Positions 18,329-28,081 of a stretch of 64,000 bases of DNA are shown in pieces. Position 1 is the stretch's first letter, and the number at the start of each line of letters is the position of its first letter. A program made the position numbers and the translations under genes. The notes below the pieces were generated by a model, which worked only from the letters and a program-made list of their open reading frames with translations, was not told the DNA's origin and made no database searches. Source of the stretch: an uncultured delta proteobacterium (GTDB lineage Bacteria; Myxococcota; Myxococcia; Myxococcales; Myxococcaceae); NCBI GenBank assembly GCA_963776345.1, contig CAVZMH010000019.1:96001-160000 (forward strand), in the 5' to 3' direction.

Positions 18329-18838
18329 ATGCACCGACTCGTGTTCACCACCCTGCTCGGCATTTCGCTCGCTGCCTCGGCCCACGACGAGAAGGGCCCC
18401 TGCGCGGACGAGGACGCGCCGGCCGCCCGGCAAGCCTCCGGTCCTGCGTCCCTGAAGCCTGGCGCCGTGCTCGTCCGGGGGACGCCGCTGCCGAAGGGCC
18501 AGGCCCCTGTCTCGCTCGCCGCGGTGCTCGCGAAGCCCGAGGATGGCCGCTCGGTGCTGGTCGAGGGCGTGGTCCGCCGCGCCTGCAGCCAGATGGGGTG
18601 CTGGATGGAGCTCGCGCCGGCCGAGGGCGGCCCGGGAGTCCGGGTGACGTTCAAGGACTACGGCTTCTTCGTTCCCACCGACTCCGCGGGAGCCCGGGCG
18701 CGCGTGCAGGGCACGCTCAAGGTCGCCCAGCTCTCGGCGGCCGGCGCCGACCACCTCCGCGCCGAGGGCGGCTCGATGCCTGCCGGCGCCCAGCGCGAGG
18801 TGCAGCTCATCGCCTCGGGCGTCGAGCTTCGGAGGTAG
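18329..18838 (+). CDS. DUF4920-like exported protein
   Basis: Signal peptide; CSQMGCWMEL, RVTFKDYGFFVP, IASGVEL. Confidence 0.8.
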   Translation: MHRLVFTTLLGISLAASAHDEKGPCADEDAPAARQASGPASLKPGAVLVRGTPLPKGQAPVSLAAVLAKPEDGRSVLVEGVVRRACSQMGCWMELAPAEGGPGVRVTFKDYGFFVPTDSAGARARVQGTLKVAQLSAAGADHLRAEGGSMPAGAQREVQLIASGVELRR

Positions 18839-18842
18839 GTCG

Positions 18843-19934
18843 CTGGAGGTCCGGCCAGGACAGCCCGGCGACGCCGCGATGCTGGCCGAGCTCGGCGGCC
18901 GGCTGTTCCACGACGCCTTCGCCCGCGACAACCGTCCCGAGGACACCCGGGCCTACCTCGCCGAGCACTTCAGCGAGGCAGCGATGGGGCGCGTGCTGGC
19001 CGACCCTGCCTGTCACGTCCTGGTGCTCGAGCACGCGCAGGTCCCGGCCGGCTGGGCACTGCTGGTCACCGGCGCCGACCGACCGCGGGCGCTGGAGATC
19101 CGCCGCTTCTACGTCGACGCGCGGCTCCACGGAGGCGACGCCGCGGTGACGCTGATGGCGGCGACGCTGGACCGCGCGCGCGCGCTCGGCACCGACACCG
19201 TGTGGCTCGCGGTCTGGGAGCGGAACCTGCGCGCGCGGGCCTTCTACGCCAAGCACGGCTTCCGCCGCGTGGGCGCCAAGGCCTTCCAGTTCGGCGGAGA
19301 CACCCAGACCGACGACGTCCTGTCGCGTCCGCTCTCGTTCGGGGTGAGCCTGGCCGTCGTCGCCGGCGGGAACGCGACCCGGCTCGGCGGGGCGTGCAAG
19401 CCGCTGCTCCAGGTGCACGGACGGGCGGTGCTGGACCGGCTGCTGGCGCTCCGCACGCTGTCCGACGAGGTGCTGCTGGTGTCCGCCGATCCGCGGCTGC
19501 CCGATGCGGGGCTGGTGCGCGTCGAGGACGTGGTGCCCGGCCGCGGCGCGCCGGGCGGGGTCCAGGCGGCGATGGAGCGCGCGCGGTCCCCCTGGGTGCT
19601 CGCGGTCGCCGGGGACATGCCGTTCCTCGATGGGCGCGCCGTGCTTCCTCTGCTCGAGGCGCGCGGAGACGACGTGGACGCCGTGGCCTACACCGTCTCC
19701 GGCCGGCTCGAGCCGCTGGCTGCGCTCTACCGGAGCGCGCTGGCTCCGCGCTGGGCGGCCGCGCTCGCCGGCTCCGGCGCCTCGTTCCGCGCGCTGTGGG
19801 GCGGGCTTCGCGGCGTCACCCTGCCCGAGTCGGTGCTCCGCGCCTCCACCGGCGACACCCGGGCGGTGCTGAGCCTGAACCTGCCCTCGGACGTGGCCAC
19901 GTGGGTGGACGCCCCACCGGACCGACGGTCGTAA
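18843..19934 (+). CDS. GNAT acetyltransferase fused to molybdenum cofactor guanylyltransferase (MobA-like)
   Basis: N-half WLAVWERNLRARAFYAKHGF; C-half AVVAGGNATRLGG..K, VAGDMPFL, EPLAALY, NLP. Start is ATG 18879 or in-frame CTG 18843. Confidence 0.82.
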   Translation: MEVRPGQPGDAAMLAELGGRLFHDAFARDNRPEDTRAYLAEHFSEAAMGRVLADPACHVLVLEHAQVPAGWALLVTGADRPRALEIRRFYVDARLHGGDAAVTLMAATLDRARALGTDTVWLAVWERNLRARAFYAKHGFRRVGAKAFQFGGDTQTDDVLSRPLSFGVSLAVVAGGNATRLGGACKPLLQVHGRAVLDRLLALRTLSDEVLLVSADPRLPDAGLVRVEDVVPGRGAPGGVQAAMERARSPWVLAVAGDMPFLDGRAVLPLLEARGDDVDAVAYTVSGRLEPLAALYRSALAPRWAAALAGSGASFRALWGGLRGVTLPESVLRASTGDTRAVLSLNLPSDVATWVDAPPDRRS

Positions 19935-20006
19935 GTGTCGATCACTCCGGGCGGTTTCCTTGCGCCGCGCGAGTGGCGGCTGCTACCGTCGATTCTCCCT
20001 CAGGCG

Positions 20007-20522
20007 ATGGCGAAACCCTTCGATCGGGCCGTCTCGGGCTTCAACCACAACATCACCCACGCTGGTCGGGTCTTCCACGTGCAGACCGAGGACTCGGGGG
20101 TGAACAACCCCAACATCATCACCCACGTGTTCGTGGGCGGGAACATCCTGGCCAGCAAGAAGTCCTCGTATGCCGAGCTGCTCGGCGCCGAGAACCTCCA
20201 GGAGCTGGTGCGCCAGCTGATGGAGGACCAGCACAAGCAGATGCTCCGCAACGTGGTGCAAGGGGGCTACGACAACGTCGACACCACGGCCCGCGCCTAC
20301 CAGCCGGGTCAGCTCGCCCCGGGGGCCGAGGGGAAGGGGTCCCTCAAGCTCGCTCCCCCGCGGGCGCCGCTGCCCCCGGAGGTCGAGGCCGCGCGGGCGT
20401 TGAGCACGCCGCCGAAGCTGAACGAGGTGGGCGCGCAGACGCTGTTCGGCGAGGACCTCATCAGCGAGAAGAGCCTCGACGAGGTCATCCTCAGCTACCT
20501 CGCGGAAGAGCCGGAGAGCTGA
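20007..20522 (+). CDS. Conserved hypothetical protein
   Basis: GFNHNI...FHVQTEDSG...HVFVGGNILASKK; C-terminal KSLDEVILSYL; strong GC3 codon bias. Confidence 0.75.
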   Translation: MAKPFDRAVSGFNHNITHAGRVFHVQTEDSGVNNPNIITHVFVGGNILASKKSSYAELLGAENLQELVRQLMEDQHKQMLRNVVQGGYDNVDTTARAYQPGQLAPGAEGKGSLKLAPPRAPLPPEVEAARALSTPPKLNEVGAQTLFGEDLISEKSLDEVILSYLAEEPES

Positions 20523-20746
20523 GCCTGAGCTGAGGCCGAGCCTGTCGACCGGGGGGCGCGCCCCGGAATCCCCGCATACCCCGGGAGGAGGTTCTGCTCC
20601 CATCGGACGCGGCGGAGCCAGCACGCGGCGTGTGTTGAGCGGAACAGGCCGCGCGTGCGTGACTCCCCGGCGAGGAGGTGCCGCATGCCTCGACATGACG
20701 CGCCCGCCGATTTCCGCCATCGGACCACGAGCGAGCACCGCGGGCG

Positions 20747-22066
20747 GTGAGCGCCCGGGCCTATCCGCCCGGCCCCAGCTCGCTCATCCCACTGCTCGCT
20801 TCCTTCGCCATCCGCCGGGACCCGCTGACCTTCCTCGTCGACGCGGCGAGGACGTACGGCGACCTCGTCCATCTGGGCATCGGCCGGCGGCACGACTACC
20901 TGGTCAATCGCCCCGACCTCATCCGCGACGTCCTGCTCGCGCCCGAGGAGCAGCTGCTCCGCTCCTTCCCCAGGACGATGAAGCGCGTCCTCGGCGACGG
21001 GCTCCTCTCCAGCCAGGGGGCGCACCACCGTGCCCAGCGCCGCATGCTCCAGCCGTTCTTCCACCAGGAGCGGGTGGCCGGCTTCGCGCGGGAGATCGTC
21101 ACCCGGAGCCGGCGGACCTGCGCGGGGTGGCGGGACGGCGAGTCCCTGGACGTCGCCGAGGCGATGCTCGCGCTGACGCTGGAGATCGTGGTCAAGGTCG
21201 TGTTCGACCGCGAGCTGGACCGGGGCGCGACCGAGCTCCTCGAGCTGCTGGCCCCGCTGGTGGACACCACGCGCAAGCGACGCTGGGGGCTCCTGGAGCG
21301 GGCGCTCACCGGCCTCCCCTTCGGGCCCGCCCATACGCAGGAGCGTGCCGTCCAGCGGCTGGACGCCTTCATCGAGGGGGCCATCGCCGAGCGGCGGGAG
21401 TCGCCCGACCGCCACCCCGACCTCCTCTCCATGCTGCTCGACGCGGGTGCCGAGGACCGGGTGGTCCGTGACGAGACGCTCACCATGCTTGCCGCGGGGC
21501 ACGAGACCATCGGCAACTGCCTGGCCTGGACCTTCCACCTCCTCGCGCAGCACCCGGACGCGGAGCGACGTCTCCAGGCCGAGGTGGATGGCCTCGGAGG
21601 TCCGGTCGAGGCCGGCGCGGTGGAGCGGCTCCCCTTCACCGGCCGGGTGCTGCTCGAGTCGATGCGGCTCTACCCGCCGGTGTGGCTGATGGTCCGTCGC
21701 CCGGTGCAGGACTTCCGGCTCGGCGAGTACGTCGTCCCCGCCGGGGCGTACATCCACCTCTCGCAGTACCTCACCCACCGCGACGCCCGGTGGTTCCCAG
21801 AGCCCGGGCGCTTCGACCCCGAGCGGTGGCTGCCGGAGGTCGAGGGTGGGCGTCCGAAGATTTGCTATTTCCCCTTCGGGGGCGGAGGCCGGAAGTGCAT
21901 CGGCGAGAGCTTCGCCTTCCTGGAGGGGGTGCTGGTGCTGGCCACGGTCGCCCGGGAGTTCCGCGTGCGCGCCATCCCCGGGCCCCCGGTCGAGGCCGAG
22001 CCCTACGTCACCTTGCGCCCGCGGCACGGCCTGCCGATGCGACTCGAGCGGCGGGCACGGGCATGA
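20747..22066 (+). CDS. Cytochrome P450
   Basis: AGHET I-helix, ESMRLYPP (ExxR), [18 protein letters not shown] heme Cys. Confidence 0.95.
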   Translation: MSARAYPPGPSSLIPLLASFAIRRDPLTFLVDAARTYGDLVHLGIGRRHDYLVNRPDLIRDVLLAPEEQLLRSFPRTMKRVLGDGLLSSQGAHHRAQRRMLQPFFHQERVAGFAREIVTRSRRTCAGWRDGESLDVAEAMLALTLEIVVKVVFDRELDRGATELLELLAPLVDTTRKRRWGLLERALTGLPFGPAHTQERAVQRLDAFIEGAIAERRESPDRHPDLLSMLLDAGAEDRVVRDETLTMLAAGHETIGNCLAWTFHLLAQHPDAERRLQAEVDGLGGPVEAGAVERLPFTGRVLLESMRLYPPVWLMVRRPVQDFRLGEYVVPAGAYIHLSQYLTHRDARWFPEPGRFDPERWLPEVEGGRPKICYFPFGGGGRKCIGESFAFLEGVLVLATVAREFRVRAIPGPPVEAEPYVTLRPRHGLPMRLERRARA

Positions 22067-22860
22067 GCCGGGCGCTGGAGGGAAAGGTGGCGCTGGTCAC
22101 CGGCGGGGCGGCGGGCATCGGTCGCGCCTCAGCGCTGGCCTTCGCCCGCGAGGGCGCCCGGGTGGTGGTGGCCGACGTCTCGCCGCATGGCGAGGAGACC
22201 GCGCGTGCCATCCGCGACGCGGGCGCCGAGGCCCTCTTCGTGGAGACGGACGTCTCTCGCGCCGCCGACGTGGCCGGGCTCCTGCGCCGCACGCTGTCGT
22301 CCTTCGGGCGGCTCGACCTCGCGCACAACAACGCCGGCGTCGAGGGCCCCCGCGCCCCGCTCACCGAGGTGAGCGAGGAGGACTGGGACCGGACCCTCGG
22401 CGTCAACCTCAAGGGGGTGTGGCTCTCGATGCGCGAGGAGATCCCCGCGATGCTCGCCACTGGCGGCGGGTGCATCGTGAACACCGCCTCGGTCTACGGG
22501 CTGGTCGGGGCGCGAAAGGTCTCGACCTACGTCGCGAGCAAGCACGCGCTGGTGGGCCTCACCCGGTCGGCCGCCCTGGAGTGGGGGCGGCAGGGCATCC
22601 GGGTCAACGCGGTCTGTCCGGGGCTCATCGACACCGAGATGGTCGACCGGGCGGTGCTCGGCCAGGTCCCCTCCGGCGTCGGCCGGAGCCTCAGCCCGCG
22701 AAGGCGCATCGCGCGCGCGGTGCTCCGCGCCCGCCAGCCCTCGGGGCGCATGGGAACGTCCGAGGAGGTGGCCGAGGCCGTGCTCTGGCTCTGCTCGCCC
22801 GCCTCGAGCTACGTGAACGGCCACGCGCTGGTCATCGACGGCGGGATGGTCGTCCACTGA
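22063..22860 (+). CDS. Short-chain dehydrogenase/reductase
   Basis: TGGAAGIG, NNAG, YVASK; ATGA overlap with the P450 stop. Confidence 0.93.
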   Translation: MSRALEGKVALVTGGAAGIGRASALAFAREGARVVVADVSPHGEETARAIRDAGAEALFVETDVSRAADVAGLLRRTLSSFGRLDLAHNNAGVEGPRAPLTEVSEEDWDRTLGVNLKGVWLSMREEIPAMLATGGGCIVNTASVYGLVGARKVSTYVASKHALVGLTRSAALEWGRQGIRVNAVCPGLIDTEMVDRAVLGQVPSGVGRSLSPRRRIARAVLRARQPSGRMGTSEEVAEAVLWLCSPASSYVNGHALVIDGGMVVH

Positions 22861-22883
22861 CCCCCCGCCCGCTGGTGCGGCGG

Positions 22884-23936
22884 TCACCGCCCGGCGTCGG
22901 CGTCCCCGCGGCAGAAGGCCAGCCGCCTTGCCACCACCTCGATCGGGAGGGCCACCTCGAGCGAGAGGCCGCTCCCATGCGTGGGTGAGACCCGGGCGAA
23001 CCCCAGCAGCTCGGCCGTGTCCTCGTCGCCGCCGGCGCGGGCCTGCGCCCGGGCCACCGCCAGCGCGCCGCCGAGCGTCTTCCCCAGGTCCTCGAGCTTC
23101 CGCGCGTCCTCGCCGGAGACGTCCGCCACCAGCGCCACGTCGCGCCGGGCGTCGAGGTGCAACTCCACCCGGGACGCCGCATCGGCCAGCGCCGCGGACC
23201 AGCCCTCCGAGCCGCCCAGGGCCTGCGCCAGGTCCTGGCCGGACACCACGCCGTACATCTCGCCGTAGCTCTGCTCCGGCGAGAGCAGCGGGCGGGGCGC
23301 GGGACCGCGGCCCTCCACGGCGTCGATGACTCGCTGCCCATCCTCCTCGGAGCTGCCGAGGTGGAGCAGCGAGTCGCCCCAGCGGGTGGCGACCAGCGTG
23401 CTCCCGCCCTCCCGGCGCGGATCGACGGCGGTGATCGACCCGCGATCGCCGTACGCCGCCGCGGTGGCGCTGCCCAGGAGCCCCTCCCAGTTCGCCCGGC
23501 GAAAGTCGCCGGAGACGACCACGCCGTGCTCGGTGATGCCCACCCGGTCGAGGTCCCGCAGCGGGTCGATGCCCATCTGCCGGAGCGCCTCGAGCGCGCT
23601 GGCCCGGCCCTCGCGCTCGGCCAGGCACTGGAGCAAGAGCTCGCCCAGGGGGGAGTTCCGGAGCGCGTTCACCTCCAGCACCACGCCCGATCCCGCGCCC
23701 GCCGCCGAGAGCGCGGCGAGCACCGGGTCCCGCACCTGCGCCCGCGCCGCCCCGGCGTCCGCCGGCGGACGAGTCAGGCGGGAGAGCATCCGCTGCCGCT
23801 CCTCCGGGCGGAGCTGCCGCGGCATCTCGAGCTCGGGCCGGGCCACCGGGGGACGCGGCTCCGGGAACCGCACCAGCCACGCGGCGGCGACGACCAGGAT
23901 GGCGGCGGCGAGCAGCCACAGCCAGCGGCGCTCCAT
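22884..23936 (-). CDS. Membrane-anchored hypothetical protein
   Basis: N-terminal TM; GIDPLRDLDRV segment; start overlaps the permease stop (TGATG). Confidence 0.65.
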   Translation of the reverse strand: MERRWLWLLAAAILVVAAAWLVRFPEPRPPVARPELEMPRQLRPEERQRMLSRLTRPPADAGAARAQVRDPVLAALSAAGAGSGVVLEVNALRNSPLGELLLQCLAEREGRASALEALRQMGIDPLRDLDRVGITEHGVVVSGDFRRANWEGLLGSATAAAYGDRGSITAVDPRREGGSTLVATRWGDSLLHLGSSEEDGQRVIDAVEGRGPAPRPLLSPEQSYGEMYGVVSGQDLAQALGGSEGWSAALADAASRVELHLDARRDVALVADVSGEDARKLEDLGKTLGGALAVARAQARAGGDEDTAELLGFARVSPTHGSGLSLEVALPIEVVARRLAFCRGDADAGR

Positions 23937-24769
23937 CAGAAGTCCCTCCGCTCGAAGCGCCACGCCGCGACGGCCAGGAGCGCCGCGGCGAAGGCCAGGG
24001 TCCCCGCCAGCAGCCGGAGCAGCCCGCCCGGGGCGAGCGGCGCGCTGGAGGCCAGGGCCCCCGCGGCATCGGCCAGCTTTCCGAGCGGCGGCACCACCGC
24101 GGTGAGCCCGGCGAAGAGCGTGCGCCCGACGCCTCGTCCCATCAGGTCGAGCAGGGTCCTCCGGTGGGTGGCGAGAAGCCCGAGGACGACCAGCGAGGCG
24201 CCGGCCGCGGCGGACAGCGCCGCGCTCCGTACCCAGACCGTGACTGCGAGCATGCCGGCGTAGACGCTCCCGAAGGCCACCGCCGCGAGGGCGGCCGAGA
24301 CCACCGGCCAGGCGGTCCAGACGCCGGTCTTGGCGCCCAGCACCAGCACCAGGCCCGCCGAGGCGTACACCGCGCCCCCGAGCGCGAGCGCCAGCACCCC
24401 GAGGAAGGTGCCGGCGAGCAGCTCCCAGCGCCGCACCGGGAGCGAGAGGAGATACTCGATGCGCCCCGGCGAGAGCAGCGCGGGCGCGAAGTCGGCGCAG
24501 GAGAGCACCCCGAAGGCGAGGCCGCCCCAGAACACGAGCTGGCTCGCCGCCAGGAACACCGGGCGGAGCGCCACGTCCGCCGACTGGATGTCATGAACCA
24601 GCGGCTGGCCGAAGAGCCGCGTCGCCGCGAGGGCGCCGTCCACCACCTCGAGCCGGAGGCTGGTCACCAGCAGCAGGAGGAGCCCGGTGAGCGCCAGCCC
24701 GAGCGCCAGGAACCAGCGCCTCGCCGCGGCCTCCCGGAGCAGATCCAGCGCCACCGCCAGCGAGGTCAT
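23936..24769 (-). CDS. ABC exporter permease
   Basis: Multiple TM helices, EYLLSLPVRRWELL, C-terminal FERRDF. Confidence 0.85.
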   Translation of the reverse strand: MTSLAVALDLLREAAARRWFLALGLALTGLLLLLVTSLRLEVVDGALAATRLFGQPLVHDIQSADVALRPVFLAASQLVFWGGLAFGVLSCADFAPALLSPGRIEYLLSLPVRRWELLAGTFLGVLALALGGAVYASAGLVLVLGAKTGVWTAWPVVSAALAAVAFGSVYAGMLAVTVWVRSAALSAAAGASLVVLGLLATHRRTLLDLMGRGVGRTLFAGLTAVVPPLGKLADAAGALASSAPLAPGGLLRLLAGTLAFAAALLAVAAWRFERRDF

Positions 24770-25686
24770 GCGGCCCCCGCGGCCAGCGCCTCGGTGAGCA
24801 CGTCCTCGAGATCGCGCGAGGCCCGCCCCAGCTCGACCAGCAGCGCGCCCGCCGCCCGCGCGCCGTCCAGCGCCCGGTTGAGGGCCACGGCGTCCGGCGC
24901 CGGGAGCTCCCAGCCTCCGCCCTCGGACGGCTCGAAGCCCAGCGCGAGCAGCGCATCCGCAGCCACCGGCGGGACGGCGGCGAAGCGCACTCGCCACCGC
25001 TGCTGGACGGCGGTGAGCGCTTCCAGCGGACCCGAGCGGACCAGCCGCCCGTGCGAGAGGATGCCGATGCGGGTGCAGATGCGCTCGGTCTCCGAGAGCA
25101 GGTGGGAGTTGATGAAGAGCGTCGCCCCGCGCGCCAGCTCGGCGGCGAGGAGCTGGCGGATCTCCACCCGCCCGAGCGGGTCCACCCCGTCCGTCGGCTC
25201 GTCGAGCACCAGGAGGTCCGGCGCGCCCACCAGCGCCGCAGCGAGCCCGAGCCGCTGACGCATGCCCTTGCTGAAGCCGCGGATCCTCCGCCCGCCCGCC
25301 TCGGCGAGCCCCACCCGGGCGAGCAGCGCGTCCAGGCCGGCGCGCTCGGCCCGGAGGTCCTTCAGCCGGGCCACGCTGGCCAGGAAGGCGCGCGGGGTCC
25401 AGGCGCCGGGGAGCGTGAGCCGCTCCGGGAGGTAGCCCACCCGGGCCCGGGAGCGCGGATCCTCCGGGCGGCCTCCCAGCAGCTCCACCGCGCCCCGGTC
25501 GGGGTGGGCGATTCCGAGGAGGCACTTGATGAAGGTCGTCTTGCCCGCACCGTTGGGGCCGATGAGCCCGAACGCCTCGCCCCGCGGCACCTCCAGGTCC
25601 ACGCCGTCGAGCGCCACCGACTCGGTGCGGCCGAAGCGGGTGCGGAAGCGCTTGTGCAGGGAGCTGACGGCGAAGGCGGCCGGCAT
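24766..25686 (-). CDS. ABC transporter ATP-binding protein
   Basis: GPNGAGKTT, FSKGMRQR, LVLDEP, SHLLSE. Confidence 0.93.
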   Translation of the reverse strand: MPAAFAVSSLHKRFRTRFGRTESVALDGVDLEVPRGEAFGLIGPNGAGKTTFIKCLLGIAHPDRGAVELLGGRPEDPRSRARVGYLPERLTLPGAWTPRAFLASVARLKDLRAERAGLDALLARVGLAEAGGRRIRGFSKGMRQRLGLAAALVGAPDLLVLDEPTDGVDPLGRVEIRQLLAAELARGATLFINSHLLSETERICTRIGILSHGRLVRSGPLEALTAVQQRWRVRFAAVPPVAADALLALGFEPSEGGGWELPAPDAVALNRALDGARAAGALLVELGRASRDLEDVLTEALAAGAA

Positions 25687-25760
25687 CCGCGAGAGCCTCC
25701 CATCTCCAGGCGGACGGTGCAGCACGAGGGCGCCCGACGCCGCCCCCCGCGCCCCGGTGG

Positions 25761-26141
25761 TCAGCGCCCACCGGCGCCCCGGGGTCGCTGGAGGAGGACC
25801 AGGAGCACGACCCCGGTCTGCGCCGCCAGCACCCAGGGCTCGAGCTCGCCCATTGCCCACACCACCGCATCGTCGAGGAGCAGCGCCGCCGGCAGGGCCC
25901 AGAAGCCCCAGGGGCGCATCCCCCACAGCCCCCGGAGCGCCACGGCGAGCGCCCCGGTGGTGAGCAGCAGATAGGGCACGTACCCCGGCCCGAACGCCCG
26001 CGCCTGTCCGCCGGTCGCCGCGTGCAGCCAGGTGACTGCGAGGAGCAGGGCCCCGGCCAGGCACACCGCCGTCACGGGCCACGGCCGCCCGGGCATCCGG
26101 ATTGCGGCGAACGGTCGCTCGTCTTCGGGCGTGCCGGCCAT
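25761..26141 (-). CDS. Small hypothetical membrane protein
   Basis: About four hydrophobic segments; start uncertain. Confidence 0.5.
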   Translation of the reverse strand: MAGTPEDERPFAAIRMPGRPWPVTAVCLAGALLLAVTWLHAATGGQARAFGPGYVPYLLLTTGALAVALRGLWGMRPWGFWALPAALLLDDAVVWAMGELEPWVLAAQTGVVLLVLLQRPRGAGGR

Positions 26142-26196
26142 GCCCCTTGTTAATGAGACCGCCCGCAGAGTCCATCAGCCGGAGGGTTCCGTCCGC

Positions 26197-26739
26197 ATGC
26201 ACCTCGCCGCCGCCCTGCTCGCCCTCACCACCCTTTCCTCGGGAGGCACGCCCATGTCGGTCCATGATTTCAAGGTGAAGACCATCGACGGCAAGGAGGC
26301 CTCCCTGGCCGACTACAAGGGGAAGGCGCTGCTCATCGTCAACACCGCCTCGCAGTGCGGGTTCACCCCCCAGTACGCCGGGCTCGAGGCGCTGTTCGAG
26401 AAGTACCGTGAACGGGGCTTCACCGTGCTCGGCTTCCCCTCCAACGACTTCGGCGCCCAGGAGCCGGGGAGCAACGCGGAGATCAAGAAGTTCTGCGAGC
26501 TCCGCTACAAGACCACCTTCCCGCTCTTCTCCAAGATCCCGGTGAAGGGGCCGGACGCGGACCCGCTCTACAAGTACCTCACCGGGCTCCCCGGGAAGCA
26601 GGGCGGGGTGGTGACCTGGAACTTCAACAAGTTCCTCATCAGCCCGGACGGCAAGGTCATCGAGCACTTCGACAGCCGGGTCGATCCGCTGTCCCCCGAG
26701 CTGACCGCCAAGCTCGAGCAGGTGCTCCCGAAGAGCTGA
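26197..26739 (+). CDS. Glutathione peroxidase-like peroxidase (Cys type), possibly exported
   Basis: VNTASQCGFTPQY, GFPSNDFGAQEPG, WNFNKFLI; alternative start ATG 26254. Confidence 0.93.
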   Translation: MHLAAALLALTTLSSGGTPMSVHDFKVKTIDGKEASLADYKGKALLIVNTASQCGFTPQYAGLEALFEKYRERGFTVLGFPSNDFGAQEPGSNAEIKKFCELRYKTTFPLFSKIPVKGPDADPLYKYLTGLPGKQGGVVTWNFNKFLISPDGKVIEHFDSRVDPLSPELTAKLEQVLPKS

Positions 26740-26762
26740 CGGCGACCGGCCCGGGCCCGGGC

Positions 26763-27287
26763 CTAGCGGCGCCGGTTCCCCGCGTCGGGCGACTGGCTGA
26801 GCGCCTGGGGGGCCTCGGCCCGCTCCACGGCGGCGTCGCGCGCCAGGATGCGGTCGATGCGCTTGACCAGCGTCTTGCCCTTGCTGCTGCGGACCGCGGT
26901 CCGCACGTCGCTGACCAGCTGCTGGTGCCGCTCGCGCAGGTGCGCCAGGGCCGCGTCCTTGTCCGTCACCTGCTCGGTGAGCCGGGCGTTCGCGGCGCGC
27001 AGCTCGTCCGTCTTCTCCGAGGAGGTCATCGCCTGGCGGCGGGCGTCCTTCTGGTCCGCCTCGAGCTTGCTCGCCCGCGAGCCGTACTCGTCCGCCATGC
27101 GCATGGCCTGGTAGGCGCGGGCGGTCTGGTCGTCGATCAGCTTCTTGGCGTAGAGCGCCACCACCGCCAGCGCGACGACGGCGAGCACCGACACCATCCA
27201 CGGCAGGATGGGGGGTGCACGCTGCGGCGGCACCGGGGCGGGCGTCTGCTCGGGATCGAGCTCTGGAAACTGGAAGTCGTCGCTCAT
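26763..27287 (-). CDS. Single-TM coiled-coil hypothetical protein
   Basis: TM PWMVSVLAVVALAVVALYA followed by a helical charged region. Confidence 0.62.
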   Translation of the reverse strand: MSDDFQFPELDPEQTPAPVPPQRAPPILPWMVSVLAVVALAVVALYAKKLIDDQTARAYQAMRMADEYGSRASKLEADQKDARRQAMTSSEKTDELRAANARLTEQVTDKDAALAHLRERHQQLVSDVRTAVRSSKGKTLVKRIDRILARDAAVERAEAPQALSQSPDAGNRRR

Positions 27288-27379
27288 CGAGGGACTCTTG
27301 CCCCCGAGTCTGGCACGGAAAGGTCGCCCCGTGGCCGAGTGAGCCCCGTTCTGCAACAATCCAGTCGCACCGACTCCCG

Positions 27380-28069
27380 ATGATCCAGATGTTCCACGTC
27401 ACCAAGGCGTACCCGGGCGACCCGCCGGCGCTGGTGGACGTGAATTTGACGGTAGAGAAAGGTGAGTTTGTGTTCCTCACCGGCCCCTCGGGTGCGGGAA
27501 AGACCACGCTCCTGCGCCTGGTGTTCTGCGCCGAGCCTGCCACCCGGGGGCAGATCCTCGTCGGCGGCCGGAACGTGGCGCGCATCCGCCAGTCGAGCAT
27601 CCCCTTCCTCCGGCGGAACATCGGGGTCGTCTTCCAGGACTTCAAGCTGCTGCCCCACCGCACGGTGCTGGACAACGTGGCCCTGGCGCTCGACGTGCTG
27701 GGAGTGTCGCGCGACGAGGCCCGCCAGCGCGCGCAGCGGATGCTGAAGCTGGTGGGCCTGCAGCTCAAGACCGAGAGCCTGCCGCTGAAGCTCAGCGGCG
27801 GAGAGCAGCAGCGGGTGGTCATCGCCCGCGCGCTGGTCAACGAGCCGGCGCTCCTCCTCGCGGACGAGCCCACCGGCAACCTCGACCCGGGGCTCACCCA
27901 GGAGATCATGAGCCTGCTCTCGGACGCCAACGTGCGCGGCACCACGGTGGTGGTCGCCACCCACGACCTGGTGATGGTGGAGCGCTCCCAGAAGCGGGTG
28001 GTGGCGCTGGAGAAGGGCCGCATCGTCTCCGACGCCGGGGGCCCGGCGTCGGTCCGGCGGGTGGGGTAG
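27380..28069 (+). CDS. ftsE: Cell division ATP-binding protein FtsE
   Basis: GPSGAGKTT, IGVVFQDFKLL, LSGGEQQRV, LADEPTGNLD. Confidence 0.95.
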   Translation: MIQMFHVTKAYPGDPPALVDVNLTVEKGEFVFLTGPSGAGKTTLLRLVFCAEPATRGQILVGGRNVARIRQSSIPFLRRNIGVVFQDFKLLPHRTVLDNVALALDVLGVSRDEARQRAQRMLKLVGLQLKTESLPLKLSGGEQQRVVIARALVNEPALLLADEPTGNLDPGLTQEIMSLLSDANVRGTTVVVATHDLVMVERSQKRVVALEKGRIVSDAGGPASVRRVG

Positions 28070-28081
28070 GGCGGACGGCAC

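Noticed and set aside
20516..20543. Short GAGC(C)T repeats after the GFNHNI gene
   Set aside because: Too short and low-complexity to interpret
26197..26739. Selenocysteine in the peroxidase
   Set aside because: Active-site codon is TGC (Cys); no in-frame TGA
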